Counted from the first letter of the whole stretch, positions 39,325 to 50,415 are shown. The stretch: 63,915 bases of DNA, filler included, from Candidatus Hydrogenedentota bacterium (GCA_040752395.1; 8 parts of 8 records of this genome joined end to end with filler, not necessarily neighbours in it), one strand, 5' to 3'. Made by a program: numbers and translations. Notes: generated by a model not told the origin, from the sequence alone.

Positions 39325-40587
39325 ATGGATTACGATATAAAAGATATTTCTTTAAGCAAGCAGGGTAAAAAGAGGGTCGAGTGGGCAGATAAAGATATGC
39401 CTGTGCTCGCTATAATCCGTAAGAGGTTTGAAAAACAGAAACCATTAAGAAATAAAAGGATGTCCGCATGTTTACACATAACAGCTGAGACAGCTAATCT
39501 CGCAAGAACACTAAAAAGCGGTGGTGCAGAACTGGTATTATGTGCGAGTAACCCGTTATCGACTCAGGATGATGTTGCCGCTTCTCTTGTTAATGATTAC
39601 GGTATCCCTGTTTTTGCTATTAAAGGTGAAGATAATAAAACCTATTACAACCATATAATATCTGCAATCAATCATAAACCTGATATTACAATGGATGATG
39701 GAGCGGATTTAGTATTTACTATTCATTCAAAATTTAAAAACATAGCGAGAAGGGTTATTGCAAGTATGGAAGAGACAACGACCGGTGTTATCAGGTTACG
39801 TGCTATGGAAAGAGACGGGGCTTTGAGGATACCGGTATTTGCAGTTAATGATGCTACGTGTAAATTTATGTTTGATAACAGGTATGGAACAGGACAGAGT
39901 ACAGTTGATGGTATAATAAGAGCGACTGATATTCTTTTAGCGGGTAAGAATGTTGTTATAGCAGGTTATGGCTGGTGTGGCCGGGGGGTGGCTTTAAGAA
40001 TGAAAGGGATGGGAGCGAATGTAATTATTACAGAGGTGGATCCTGTAAAAGCGATTGAAGCAGCTATGGATGGATTCAGAGTAATGAAGATGATAGATGC
40101 AGTGAAGATAGCTGATTTAATTTGTACGCTTACAGGAGATATAAATGTTGTGAGTACTGAACATTTTAGAGTTATGAAAGATGGCTGTATACTCTGTAAT
40201 TCAGGCCATTTTAATGTTGAGATAGATATACCTGCTTTAACAAGGATGTCCAGGAAGATTATAAAAAATGTAAGAAATAATGTTGTTGATAGATATATTC
40301 TTTATAATGGCAAAAGCATCAATCTTCTTGCTGAAGGGAGGCTCATTAATTTAGCGGCTGCTGAGGGTCACCCGGCAAGTGTTATGGATATGAGTTTTGC
40401 GATACAGGCTTTAACAACAGAGTATGCTGTAGAAAACAGAAGGAAACTCCAAAAAAAAGTTTATGATGTACCAGACGAGATAAACGAGACCGTAGCAAAA
40501 CTTAAACTTAAGTCTATGAACATTGAAATTGACACACTTACCAGAGAACAGCAGGGATATCTGAATACATGGAAGATGGGAACATAG
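39325..40587 (+). CDS. ahcY: Adenosylhomocysteinase
   Basis: CLHITAETA, EETTTG, FDNRYGTGQS, GYGWCGRG, GHP. Confidence 0.98.
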   Translation: MDYDIKDISLSKQGKKRVEWADKDMPVLAIIRKRFEKQKPLRNKRMSACLHITAETANLARTLKSGGAELVLCASNPLSTQDDVAASLVNDYGIPVFAIKGEDNKTYYNHIISAINHKPDITMDDGADLVFTIHSKFKNIARRVIASMEETTTGVIRLRAMERDGALRIPVFAVNDATCKFMFDNRYGTGQSTVDGIIRATDILLAGKNVVIAGYGWCGRGVALRMKGMGANVIITEVDPVKAIEAAMDGFRVMKMIDAVKIADLICTLTGDINVVSTEHFRVMKDGCILCNSGHFNVEIDIPALTRMSRKIIKNVRNNVVDRYILYNGKSINLLAEGRLINLAAAEGHPASVMDMSFAIQALTTEYAVENRRKLQKKVYDVPDEINETVAKLKLKSMNIEIDTLTREQQGYLNTWKMGT

Positions 40588-40662
40588 TCCAGCATCATTT
40601 CGCATTTTTGTAATCCACAAAGCGGTGCAGGATAAATTAAAACGTCGATGTGGTGCTACTAA

Positions 40663-42771
40663 ATGAAAAAGAAGTCTCTTGAAACTAAATATTATAAAGA
40701 GGATAAAGGGTTACGTGATAGTTTACAATTATATGAGAAATTAATAGATTTTGTTACTGCGATACACTCTACCCTTGATTTCGATAGATTGATAAATCTT
40801 TTATTGAATAAAATATTACAGATACTCCAGGCCGAGGTAGGGACGCTTTTACTTTTTGATAGAACAGGTGTTTTGTATCCAAGGGCATGGTTCGGGATTG
40901 AAGAAGATATAATTAATAAGTTATATATTGGTAAAGAAGGTGTAAAACTTTCTTCACTATTACTAACTACAGAAAAAGTTGAATATTTCAATGATGTCAT
41001 AGTTAGAGACGATACAAAAGTTTTTATAAAAAACCTTTTAATAATCCCACTTATGGATGGCGAAAAACATTTAAGTACGATTATAATCGCAAACAGAACA
41101 GATTCTATCATAGATGAAAAGATCGTTATAGAATACATAAAAAGTCAGGTGACCATTGCCGTGAAAAACGCTTATAAGGTTTTGAACACAGAAGAAACAT
41201 TATCTGAAATAGCAACACTATATGATTACACACAGGTATTACAGCAAGCAGCCAATTTTGAAGAGATGGCTACTTATACATTAAATACCTTTGAGTCTAT
41301 ATTTGGGTTCAGAGGTGTTTTTGTTGAATTAGTTATAGATAAAGAAAAAGTAGAAAGATATAAGGGGCTGAATAAAGATGAGCTCGATTTTATAAATATA
41401 ATTATGGAAAAAGGGCAGTTCCCTTTTATGTCAAACGAGGATAAATTTGTTTTAATGGTGGAGGTTAAAGGTGCGGAAAGGATTTATGGGTATGTTTATT
41501 GCAGTAAAGAGAAAGTTCCAAATTACAGAGTTGATTCTTTTTATAAAAGTTTATCATTATTCTCCGAACAACTTGCTCTGTATATTGAAAGGTTACGGAT
41601 ATATTTAGAAGCACAAAAGAGTGGATTCATAGAATTTGCAAAGATCGAGGATTTAGCTCACACTAAAGGGATTAGTGAAGACCTACTTTATAGATATTTT
41701 GGCAGGATTTTAGATGAATTACCAGTTGGTATCTTTCTTGTAGATGTTGCAAACTTTTCTATAATATTCAACAGAGAATTTAAGAGATTGTTTAATATTG
41801 ATATTTTTTATCCGCACCAGGATAAAAGAGGGTTATTAAGAGACATTATCGGTGAAGAAATTTATGATGCTTTCTTAAAAGTATCTAAAGATGAAATCCA
41901 GCGATTTTATAAAGAGTTCGAAAAAGCTATTGAGGTAGATAATAAAATTATTTTCGATATAAATTTAAGCCAGATAAAAAATACAAAAAATGAATTATCA
42001 TACGTTGTAGGGATTGTAAGGGATATCTCGGGTCAGAAAAAGATAGAAGAGGGTTTAAGAAGAGCTGAGAGGCTTGCTGCACTCGGCGAATTATCACTCG
42101 GAGTCGCACATGAAATAAAAAATCCGCTCACATCAATAAAGGGATTTTCTCAATTGTTAACACAAAAATCTACTGAACCTGGATTTATTGATAAATACGT
42201 GAAAATTATAACTGATGAGGTAGAAAGACTCAATCATATTGTTGAGGAGTTGATTAGTTTCGCAAGACCGGGTCCTATTGAGATATCAAAAATCGAAATA
42301 GATACTTTAATTAATAGAATAGCCTCGTTACTTAGTAGAGAATTTGAAAAATATAATATTGTTTTCCAAAAAGAGTTTGATGGTTCTATAAAAAAGATAG
42401 AAGCTGATGAATCCCAGCTTACGCAGGTATTACTGAATGTGTTTTTAAATAGTATCCAGGCAATGCAGAAGAACGGCGGGTTACTAAAAGTTTCTGTTAA
42501 ACCGCCTTCTAATGATGAATTAAGAAAATATAATATTGGTGCTGATTATTATATAATATCTGTTCATGATACCGGCATAGGTATCCCACAGGAAAATCTT
42601 AATAAGTTATTTAACCCGTTTTTTACAACCAAAGAAAATGGAACGGGGCTCGGATTATCTATCTCACTTAGAATTATAGAAAAGCATAATGGTAAGATTG
42701 ACGTTGAGAGTGAACCTGGTTATGGAACTACTTTTAAGATTATTTTACCACAAAAATTAGGATTGCAATAA
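40663..42771 (+). CDS. Cytoplasmic GAF/PAS sensor histidine kinase
   Basis: AHEIKNPL H-box, QVLLN N-box, DTGIG, FNPFFTTK, GTGLGL. Confidence 0.95.
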   Translation: MKKKSLETKYYKEDKGLRDSLQLYEKLIDFVTAIHSTLDFDRLINLLLNKILQILQAEVGTLLLFDRTGVLYPRAWFGIEEDIINKLYIGKEGVKLSSLLLTTEKVEYFNDVIVRDDTKVFIKNLLIIPLMDGEKHLSTIIIANRTDSIIDEKIVIEYIKSQVTIAVKNAYKVLNTEETLSEIATLYDYTQVLQQAANFEEMATYTLNTFESIFGFRGVFVELVIDKEKVERYKGLNKDELDFINIIMEKGQFPFMSNEDKFVLMVEVKGAERIYGYVYCSKEKVPNYRVDSFYKSLSLFSEQLALYIERLRIYLEAQKSGFIEFAKIEDLAHTKGISEDLLYRYFGRILDELPVGIFLVDVANFSIIFNREFKRLFNIDIFYPHQDKRGLLRDIIGEEIYDAFLKVSKDEIQRFYKEFEKAIEVDNKIIFDINLSQIKNTKNELSYVVGIVRDISGQKKIEEGLRRAERLAALGELSLGVAHEIKNPLTSIKGFSQLLTQKSTEPGFIDKYVKIITDEVERLNHIVEELISFARPGPIEISKIEIDTLINRIASLLSREFEKYNIVFQKEFDGSIKKIEADESQLTQVLLNVFLNSIQAMQKNGGLLKVSVKPPSNDELRKYNIGADYYIISVHDTGIGIPQENLNKLFNPFFTTKENGTGLGLSISLRIIEKHNGKIDVESEPGYGTTFKIILPQKLGLQ

Positions 42772-42820
42772 TTAAATAAATAAGTAAAATTAATATTTAA
42801 CTTTTCAGAGGAGAAAGAAA

Positions 42821-44221
42821 GTGAAACACAAGATACAGGTCGTTGATGATGATAAGAATATACGTGAGTTGTTTAAAAATGTCTTCTCTGATGAATTTGA
42901 GGTAATATTAAGCGAAGATGGTATTAAGGGTTTAAAAGATTTTGAAAAAGAATTACCAGAGCTTGTGCTCCTTGACATCAGAATGCCTGAAATGGATGGA
43001 ATTATTGTTCTTGAGAAAATCAAAGCAATAGCACCAGATACCCACGTCATAATGATTACAGCAATAAAAGATACGAAAACCGCAATAGAAGCAATGAAGA
43101 AAGGTGCTTATGATTATCTTATTAAACCCATTGATATAGAAGAACTAAAAATACAGGCAAGACGTATCTTAGAAAAGATAAATTTAGAAAAAGAAGTAAA
43201 AACATTAAGGGAAACTATCACGGAAAAATACAGCTTAAATAAAATAATAGGTAAATCACAAGGGATGCAAAAAGTTTTCGATATGATATTAAAAGTCAAG
43301 GATAACGATTCATCAGTATTGATACGGGGTGAGAGCGGAACAGGTAAAGAATTAGTTGCAAGAGCCATACATTTTAATGGACACAGATTCAATAAACCTT
43401 TTATAGCTGTTAATGCAGCTGCCATACCTGAACAACTCCTCGAGAGTGAGTTGTTTGGACATGAAAAGGGAGCGTTTACCGGCGCGATAAATCGAAGGAT
43501 AGGCAGATTTGAACAGGCTAATGAAGGAACTTTATTTCTTGATGAAATAGGGAACCTGAAACCCGATCTACAGGCTAAACTATTACGCGTAATCCAAGAA
43601 AGAGAGATAGAACGAGTTGGTGGTGATAAACCCATAGCTGTTGATATAAGATTAATTTGCGCAACAAGTATTGACTTAGAAGAAGCTGTCAAAAAAGGAG
43701 TGTTCAGACAGGATTTATATTTCCGAGTTAATGTCATACCCATAGAATTGCCACCACTAAGACACAAAATTGAAGACTTAGAGTTACTTGTAGAACATTT
43801 TATTAAATTAATGAATCAGAGGTTCGGGTTAAAGATTACAAACATCGATGAAGAAGGCATAAAATTTATGAAGAAATATTCCTGGCCAGGTAATGTGCGG
43901 GAACTGGAACATATGATCGAAAGATTATTTGTAGTATTTGGGAGAGAGAAAAAATTGTTTACTTATGCTGATATAAAATTTATTTTAAGTCGGGTAGAAG
44001 ACATATCTTCTCAAGAAGGGATGTTTTTACCACTTGGTAAGACCCTAAATGATGCCTCTTTGCTTTATATTAAATCTACCTACTTAACTAACAATAAAAG
44101 TTTAAAAAAGACAGCTGATATCCTTGATATAAATAGAAAAACTTTAAGAAACAAACTTAAGGTCCTGGGCCTTATTGAAAATGAAAAGGAAGAGGAAATG
44201 ATTGATGATGAGACCGCTTGA
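42821..44221 (+). CDS. sigma54-dependent response regulator (NtrC family)
   Basis: Receiver domain, GESGTGKE, GAFTGA, FLDEIG, WPGNVREL, Fis-type HTH. Confidence 0.96.
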   Translation: MKHKIQVVDDDKNIRELFKNVFSDEFEVILSEDGIKGLKDFEKELPELVLLDIRMPEMDGIIVLEKIKAIAPDTHVIMITAIKDTKTAIEAMKKGAYDYLIKPIDIEELKIQARRILEKINLEKEVKTLRETITEKYSLNKIIGKSQGMQKVFDMILKVKDNDSSVLIRGESGTGKELVARAIHFNGHRFNKPFIAVNAAAIPEQLLESELFGHEKGAFTGAINRRIGRFEQANEGTLFLDEIGNLKPDLQAKLLRVIQEREIERVGGDKPIAVDIRLICATSIDLEEAVKKGVFRQDLYFRVNVIPIELPPLRHKIEDLELLVEHFIKLMNQRFGLKITNIDEEGIKFMKKYSWPGNVRELEHMIERLFVVFGREKKLFTYADIKFILSRVEDISSQEGMFLPLGKTLNDASLLYIKSTYLTNNKSLKKTADILDINRKTLRNKLKVLGLIENEKEEEMIDDETA

Positions 44222-45392
44222 AGATATAAAAATACTTGATTTATCGAGAGTTCTTGCGGGACCTTATGCTACCCAAATACTTGGTGATTTCGGAGCGGAA
44301 ATAATCAAGGTTGAGATGCCTAAAAAAGGTGATGATACCAGATATTTCGGACCCCCTTTTGAAAATAATGAATCCGCCTATTTCTTAGCCATAAATAGAA
44401 ATAAAAAAAGTATAACAATAAATATAAAAAATGAAAGAGGCATCGAAATATTACATAGATTATTGAAGATATCAGATGTTCTTGTCGAAAACTTTAGACC
44501 AGGTACCTTAGATAAACTTGGTCTGGATTATAATTCATTAAAAGACAAATATCCTAAGTTGGTTTATGTCTCTATCTCAGGGTTCGGTCATACAGGACCA
44601 TTAAAAGATAAACCAGGCTATGATTTAGCTGTTCAGGGTATGAGCGGTATAATGGATATTACAGGACCGGAAAATGGGATGCCTTATAAAGTGGGAACTT
44701 CTATTGCTGACATTATTGCTGGTATATATGCCGTTATAGGAACTTTGCTTGCGTTGAGGGTAAAAGAGAAGACAGGTAAAGGTCAAAAAGTTGATATCTC
44801 TATGCTTGATGGTCAGGTCTCTTTATTGACCTATCAGGCGGGTATTTATTTTATGACAGGCAAATCACCGAAACGTAAAGGAAATCAGCATCCAACAATA
44901 TGTCCTTATGAGACATTTGAAACTAAAGATGGATACCTTAATATCGCAGTGGGGAACGATAACCTGTGGATAAGTTTCTGTGAAATTGTTGGTTTAGAGG
45001 AAATTGTTAATGATGAGAGATTCAAGACTAATCCACAAAGAGTAAAAAACAGAGATATTTTATTTCCACTTATTCAAGAAAAATTAAAATCAAAGAAGCG
45101 GGATGAATGGCTTGAGATATTTGATAAAGAGGGTCTACCAGCAGGACCGATTTATTCAGTATCTGAGGTACTTAATCATCCTCAAGTAAAAGCAAGAGAG
45201 ATGATAAAAGAACTGGATCATCCGGCAATCAAAAAAATGAAAACCACAGGTATCCCTGTAAAATTAAGTGACACACCAGGCAGAATTTTAACCCCGCCGC
45301 CTTTACTTGGGGAACATACCCACTCTTTATTATTATCACTGGGTTATAGTGAACAAGAAATAGAGGAGCTGAGAGAACAAGGGATAGTATAA
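44202..45392 (+). CDS. Class III CoA transferase (CaiB/BaiF)
   Basis: DLSRVLAGP, NRNKKS, ENFRPG, GYD, PPLLGEHT. Confidence 0.95.
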   Translation: MMMRPLEDIKILDLSRVLAGPYATQILGDFGAEIIKVEMPKKGDDTRYFGPPFENNESAYFLAINRNKKSITINIKNERGIEILHRLLKISDVLVENFRPGTLDKLGLDYNSLKDKYPKLVYVSISGFGHTGPLKDKPGYDLAVQGMSGIMDITGPENGMPYKVGTSIADIIAGIYAVIGTLLALRVKEKTGKGQKVDISMLDGQVSLLTYQAGIYFMTGKSPKRKGNQHPTICPYETFETKDGYLNIAVGNDNLWISFCEIVGLEEIVNDERFKTNPQRVKNRDILFPLIQEKLKSKKRDEWLEIFDKEGLPAGPIYSVSEVLNHPQVKAREMIKELDHPAIKKMKTTGIPVKLSDTPGRILTPPPLLGEHTHSLLLSLGYSEQEIEELREQGIV

Positions 45393-45664
45393 AAAAGATA
45401 AGAGCGTAGAATTTAGGAGACAGGAGACAGAAGACAGGAAGTTAAAGAGTCGAGAGTCGTGAGTCAAAAAACACAAAAAATCGGGAAAAACCGGAGAAAA
45501 ACGAAAAAAAACTGGACGGTTCTGGTTTTTCTTGTTTCTGCATTCCGCATTCTTACTGATACTTCTCACTTCTCACTTTTCAGAGTAGGCACAAAGGCAC
45601 AAAGGCACAATTGAAAATTGAAGATTGGAAATTGTAAATTGCAAAATTAACGAAAAAACAACGG
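45393..45664. repeat. Mosaic heptamer element at contig end
   Basis: AGGAGAC, GAGTCGA, CATTCCG, CTTCTCA, AAGGCAC and AAATTGN units. Confidence 0.88.
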
Positions 45665-45764
45665 NNNNNNNNNNNNNNNNNNNNNNNNNNNNNNNNNNNN
45701 NNNNNNNNTTAATTAATTAANNNNNNNNNNNNNNNNNNNNNNNNNNNNNNNNNNNNNNNNNNNN
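45665..45764. other. Artificial contig linker
   Basis: N44-TTAATTAATTAA-N44. Confidence 0.99.
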
Positions 45765-45960
45765 GCCGGCTGGAGCCAAAAGCCAAAAGCCTGCTGAAAA
45801 GTCTTGAGTCTTGAGTCTCGAGTCCTGTTTTGACTCACGACTTGCGACTCACGACTCTTTTCATATCATCTTTAGTTTTTCATCCTTTGTGTAGAGCGCA
45901 AAAACGCAATAACCCAATAACCCAATAGTGTAGAGCGCAACCCGCGCTCATGAGTACTCC
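45765..45960 (-). repeat. Inverted copy of the 29230-29410 element
   Basis: Near-identical reverse complement including the REP GTAGAGCGCAACCCGCGCTC. Confidence 0.92.
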
Positions 45961-46022
45961 TTTAAAGTGTCTCACGTTTCAGGGGAGTAATATATTCCCA
46001 TTTCTTCTCCACCTATAACTGA

Positions 46023-46111
46023 GAACCTGTGAAAAAATTAGACTTTTTTAGAAAACAGGGAGTGATAATAAAAGAGTTACCCGGTATTAATGATGATTAT
46101 TTCACAGGTTC
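46023..46111. mobile_element. 89-bp MITE with TGA target duplication (IS5-family-like)
   Basis: Perfect 12-bp IR GAACCTGTGAAA/TTTCACAGGTTC flanked by TGA on both sides. Confidence 0.75.
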
Positions 46112-46274
46112 TGAGGGAATACTTTCAAGGTGTTTCAATAATTTCCTTGCTTTTTATATAAATAATATATAAAATTTAGATAGTTACAGAATTACAGCGA
46201 GGAGACTGCTGCAGTTCGTGACTTGAGGTCTGAAGCCCGGAATAAAGAGACAAGACTTTTTATAGGAAGTTTTT

Positions 46275-47165
46275 ATGATTAGCAGGCGTAAATTTATTAT
46301 TGGTAGCGCTTTAACCTTCGCTGCACCCTCTATATTTATTAAAAGAGGGCTTAATGCTTATAATGATTTTACAAGATTAACTCTGCTACATACTAATGAT
46401 ATGCATTCACATATAGAACCTATCAAAGGCGGGAAATATGATGGGTTGGGTGGCTGCGCAAGAAGAATGACGCTTATAAAGAGGTTACGTAATAACAATA
46501 CTTTATTACTTGATGCTGGTGATGTTATTCAGGGAACGCCTTATTTTAATTTTTATAAAGGCGAGATAGAGTTTAAATCAATGACAGCTATGGGGTATGA
46601 TGTAATGACAATAGGTAATCACGAGTTTGATGCTGATATAGAGGGGATGAGACGAAATTTTAAAAAATTTGCTAAATTTGAGATAGTTAATTCTAATTAT
46701 AAAATAGAAGATGAATACTTAAGAAACAGGGTCAAGGATTATGTTGTGCGGAATTTTGGTAATGTCAGGGTTGGGATCTTTGGACTCGGGATAAAGCTTC
46801 AGGGGCTTGTCTCAGATAATATTTGCGAAGGGTTTGAATATACTTCTCCTTTAGAAAATGTTGATAGAGTTGTTAAAATATTAAGAAAGAAAGAAAAAGT
46901 TGATTTTATTATCTGTATCTCGCATCTTGGGTTAACAGGTTATGATAAAGAATGTGGTGATAGAGATATAGCAGAAAGAGTAAGAGGGATAGATTTAATT
47001 ATAGGTGGGCACACTCATACATTTATGGAACAGCCAGAATTGATTAAAGATACCTATATATTTCAGGTGGGATTTGCAGGAATAATTCTTGGCAGACTGG
47101 ATTTTACATTTGATAAAAACAAGAAATTAGTCTCTCTTCAAACTAAAAAATATACAATCTGTTAG
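46275..47165 (+). CDS. Tat-exported metallophosphatase (5'-nucleotidase N-terminal domain only)
   Basis: SRRKFI; HTNDMH, DAGD, GNHEFD, SHLG, GGHTH. Confidence 0.9.
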   Translation: MISRRKFIIGSALTFAAPSIFIKRGLNAYNDFTRLTLLHTNDMHSHIEPIKGGKYDGLGGCARRMTLIKRLRNNNTLLLDAGDVIQGTPYFNFYKGEIEFKSMTAMGYDVMTIGNHEFDADIEGMRRNFKKFAKFEIVNSNYKIEDEYLRNRVKDYVVRNFGNVRVGIFGLGIKLQGLVSDNICEGFEYTSPLENVDRVVKILRKKEKVDFIICISHLGLTGYDKECGDRDIAERVRGIDLIIGGHTHTFMEQPELIKDTYIFQVGFAGIILGRLDFTFDKNKKLVSLQTKKYTIC

Positions 47166-47174
47166 AAAGTTATT

Positions 47175-48461
47175 ATGAACAAAGATACTTTGATAAATTT
47201 ATTAAGAAAGAAGGAGATAATAGGCACAGTAAAAAAAGTTGCCAGGACCGAGGGTATTGAGGTACCAGAGCTTGCTGATTTGATACTAAACAGCAGAGTT
47301 GTTATACCATGTAATATTCTTAATAGAGACAGACTAAAAGTATGTGGTATCGGTGAAAAATTAAGAGTTAAAATAAATGCTAATATAGGTACATCTCCTG
47401 ATTGCCATAATCTTGATGTAGAGATAGCTAAAGCCAGGACCGCTGTTAAGTACGGCAGTGATACTTTAATGGATTTATCCATTGGAGGAGATGTATATAA
47501 AATATTAAAGGGGATAAGAGAAACGGTTGACATACCACTTGGCACAGTTCCGGTTTATACCGCATCCGTAAAAGCAAAAGAGAAATATGGTGTTTCATCT
47601 AAAATTACTGAAGATGATTTATTTGAAAGTGTAGAAAGGCATTGTGAGATTGGCGTTGATTTCATAACAGTTCATTGTGGAGTGACCCGGAAAGTATTAG
47701 AGATATTAAAAAATAAAAAGAGGATATTAAACATAGTGAGTCGGGGAGGCGCTTTACTTGCTAATTTTATGTTGAAAAACGATTGCGAGAACCCATTCTA
47801 CGAAAAATTTGATAGATTGCTTGATATTGCAGCTTGTTATGATGTTACGTTAAGTTTAGGTGATGGTTTAAGACCCGGCTGTATTGAAGATGCGACTGAT
47901 ACGCCGCAGATCGAAGAGATGATAGTTTTATCACAACTCGCTAAAAGAGCAGCAACAAGAGGTGTTCAAGTAATGATTGAGGGACCAGGTCATATACCAT
48001 TAAATGAGATTGAGACCAACATAAAAATACAGAAATCTTTATGTAATGGAGCACCATTTTATGTTCTTGGTCCGCTTGTAACAGACGTAGCTGTTGGCTA
48101 TGATCACATTGCTTCAGCGATTGGCAGTGCTTTAGCGGGTTTAGCAGGTGCTGATTTTTTATGTTATGTGACACCTGCTGAACATCTCGGACTACCAACC
48201 ATTGAAGATGTTAAAACAGGTGTTATAGCTTCTAAAATAGCTGCACATAGTGTTAACATCGCACGTGGATTTAAAGATGCAAGAGAAAGAGATAGATTAA
48301 TGGCTATCGCAAGACAGAAACTTGACTGGGAAAAACAATTTGAGCTCGCATTTGACCAGGAAATCCCAAAAGAAAAAAGAAATAAAATTTTACCAGTAGA
48401 TGAAGAATTATGCTCTATGTGCGGTGAATACTGTGCTATTTTGGCTTCTAAGAATTTATGA
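47175..48461 (+). CDS. thiC: Phosphomethylpyrimidine synthase
   Basis: KINANIG, MDLS, GTVPVY, SRGG, LGDGLRPG, EGPGH, CSMCGEYC. Confidence 0.95.
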   Translation: MNKDTLINLLRKKEIIGTVKKVARTEGIEVPELADLILNSRVVIPCNILNRDRLKVCGIGEKLRVKINANIGTSPDCHNLDVEIAKARTAVKYGSDTLMDLSIGGDVYKILKGIRETVDIPLGTVPVYTASVKAKEKYGVSSKITEDDLFESVERHCEIGVDFITVHCGVTRKVLEILKNKKRILNIVSRGGALLANFMLKNDCENPFYEKFDRLLDIAACYDVTLSLGDGLRPGCIEDATDTPQIEEMIVLSQLAKRAATRGVQVMIEGPGHIPLNEIETNIKIQKSLCNGAPFYVLGPLVTDVAVGYDHIASAIGSALAGLAGADFLCYVTPAEHLGLPTIEDVKTGVIASKIAAHSVNIARGFKDARERDRLMAIARQKLDWEKQFELAFDQEIPKEKRNKILPVDEELCSMCGEYCAILASKNL

Positions 48462-49408
48462 ATCGGCTCCCAAATTATTTAAGACTATCTATAACTGATA
48501 GATGCAATTTAAGATGCAAATATTGTATCGGGACCTTTGTCTATTTAAAAAGAGAAGAAATTCTTACTCTTGAAGAACTTTATAGAACCTCTTATCTTTT
48601 TTCAAGATGCGGGATTGATAAATTAAGAATAACTGGCGGTGAACCGCTTGTAAGAAAAGGTGCTACAGAATTAATTAATAAAATTACTGAGTCTGAGCTA
48701 TTTAATGACATATCTCTAACCACTAACGGAATGTTATTAGAAGAAAAGGCTGATGAATTGTTTAAAGCCGGTATAAGAAGACTTAATATCAGTCTCGCTA
48801 CACTTGATAATGAAGAGTATTACGGATTAACAGGCGGAGATTTGAACAAGGTTTTAAGAGGGATAAATTTAGCAAAAACCACTGGCTTTGAATCGATCAA
48901 GATAAATGTTGTATTATGGAAAGGACTACAAGAGAACGAGATCAACAATTGGATAGAATTTTCACAAAAGAATAATTTAACAGTACGATTTATCGAACAG
49001 ATGCCGATTGAATCAGGGATGTTTATTCAGGAACAATGGCCACGAACTACGGCAGGGAATGTTTTAGAGATAATAAGAAATAAATATATAATTGAAAAGA
49101 TAGATATTAAAGGTGCAGGACCCGCTTCTTATTATAAATTGAGAGAAAAAAAAGTAGTGTTTGGTATTATCAATTCTATGGACCATAATCAATGTCTTAC
49201 CTGCAACAGGATAAGAGTCTCAGCAAAAGGTGAATTAAGGTATTGCCTTTTTCAGGATGATTGCGTAGATTTGAAATACATTTTACGGAATGAAAAAGAT
49301 GATGAAAAATTAATTGAGATGTTGAAAAAAATAGTTTCTAATAAGGTGTCGTACAAAAATAATAATCCTCGAATATTATCACAACCTATGTCCTATATAG
49401 GAGGATAG
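48458..49408 (+). CDS. moaA: GTP 3',8-cyclase
   Basis: CNLRCKYC, TGGEP, CLTCNRIR...C, C-terminal IGG. Confidence 0.96.
   Translation: MNRLPNYLRLSITDRCNLRCKYCIGTFVYLKREEILTLEELYRTSYLFSRCGIDKLRITGGEPLVRKGATELINKITESELFNDISLTTNGMLLEEKADELFKAGIRRLNISLATLDNEEYYGLTGGDLNKVLRGINLAKTTGFESIKINVVLWKGLQENEINNWIEFSQKNNLTVRFIEQMPIESGMFIQEQWPRTTAGNVLEIIRNKYIIEKIDIKGAGPASYYKLREKKVVFGIINSMDHNQCLTCNRIRVSAKGELRYCLFQDDCVDLKYILRNEKDDEKLIEMLKKIVSNKVSYKNNNPRILSQPMSYIGG
49314..49408 (+). repeat. Direct repeat copy 1 (moaA 3' end)
   Basis: 95 bp, 7 mismatches and no indels versus 50416-50510. Confidence 0.95.
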
Positions 49409-49587
49409 ACGAAATTCTGTAAATCTCGAATTATAAATTGAAGATTGCAAATTGTAAATTTTAAAATGAAACAAGAGGCTTGGCACCTACTGATGAATTA
49501 TAAATTGTAGATTGGAAACTCGGGAGTTAAAATCGGGGAATTGCCTTCGGCAACTTCGTGAATACAAGACGATAAATAAAAGATTTT

Positions 49588-49917
49588 TTATATTAATGGA
49601 ATGTCCTTACGACTTTTTAGGATTTCAGAGAGGATACTTGCTTTTTCTGGTTTCTGGTATTCATCCCAAAAAATACACCGCGGTTCAATGTTATAATCTA
49701 CCTTGGCCGCATAATGAAAAAGAGATGCTGTAATATTTATTCTATTACTTCCAGCCAGCTTATCAACTACTACTCCTACATCAATATCACTATCTTTTGA
49801 TACTTTCCCTTTTGCATAGGATCCATATATAAACACTTTTTTTACAGAATAAATATCTTTAATCAATAAATAAAATTGCCTGACTTTTTCCTTAATTAAA
49901 TCTTTCTTTTTAACCAT
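49588..49917 (-). CDS. Minimal nucleotidyltransferase (MNT) antitoxin
   Basis: IYGSYAKG...SDIDV. Confidence 0.9.
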   Translation of the reverse strand: MVKKKDLIKEKVRQFYLLIKDIYSVKKVFIYGSYAKGKVSKDSDIDVGVVVDKLAGSNRINITASLFHYAAKVDYNIEPRCIFWDEYQKPEKASILSEILKSRKDIPLI

Positions 49918-50285
49918 TTAAACAAACTCCTGGTTTTTCTTAAAATCTCAAACGATCTTTTTTTTGTTAAACTTTTAAATAATTCTTTGATTGTTTCGGT
50001 ATATCTTGATTCAAGGTAATAGGAATTCAGCAATTCAACAAATGTTAGCTCGCTTTCTTTAATCATTGATGCAATTGATGTTAAGTTAATTAATTTTATT
50101 AAATTATGAGTATACGGTGGTGTTTTATTATTTTCTTTTACATAAATTGCTTTTAATATTTTCTCTATTGCCTGCTGGCAGGTGAATGCCACATAAAGGT
50201 ATCTCCTGGATTTATACATATGTTTAGCAGTTTTTAAGTCATATTCTGCAATAATCATCCAATTTTTAACTATTTTTTCACTCAT
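49896..50285 (-). CDS. HEPN domain protein
   Basis: AEYDL, QQAIEKILKA, PYTHNL, SRY; overlaps MNT. Confidence 0.9.
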   Translation of the reverse strand: MSEKIVKNWMIIAEYDLKTAKHMYKSRRYLYVAFTCQQAIEKILKAIYVKENNKTPPYTHNLIKLINLTSIASMIKESELTFVELLNSYYLESRYTETIKELFKSLTKKRSFEILRKTRSLFKWLKRKI

Positions 50286-50415
50286 AAACTACCTCTAAAT
50301 CTATAAATTTTCTGTTTTTCAATATCATGATACATTACCAATAAATTTACTATATTTTTGAAAAGCTATCAAATATTTTATTTGATTTGCGTATACATGA
50401 AATGAAAAAAAATAG

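Noticed and set aside
46019-46120. TPP riboswitch upstream of the thiC operon (CTGAGA, GAACCTG)
   Set aside because: The two motifs overlap and the downstream GGATAAT..CGTAGGGA core is missing; a MITE with TSD explains the sequence better
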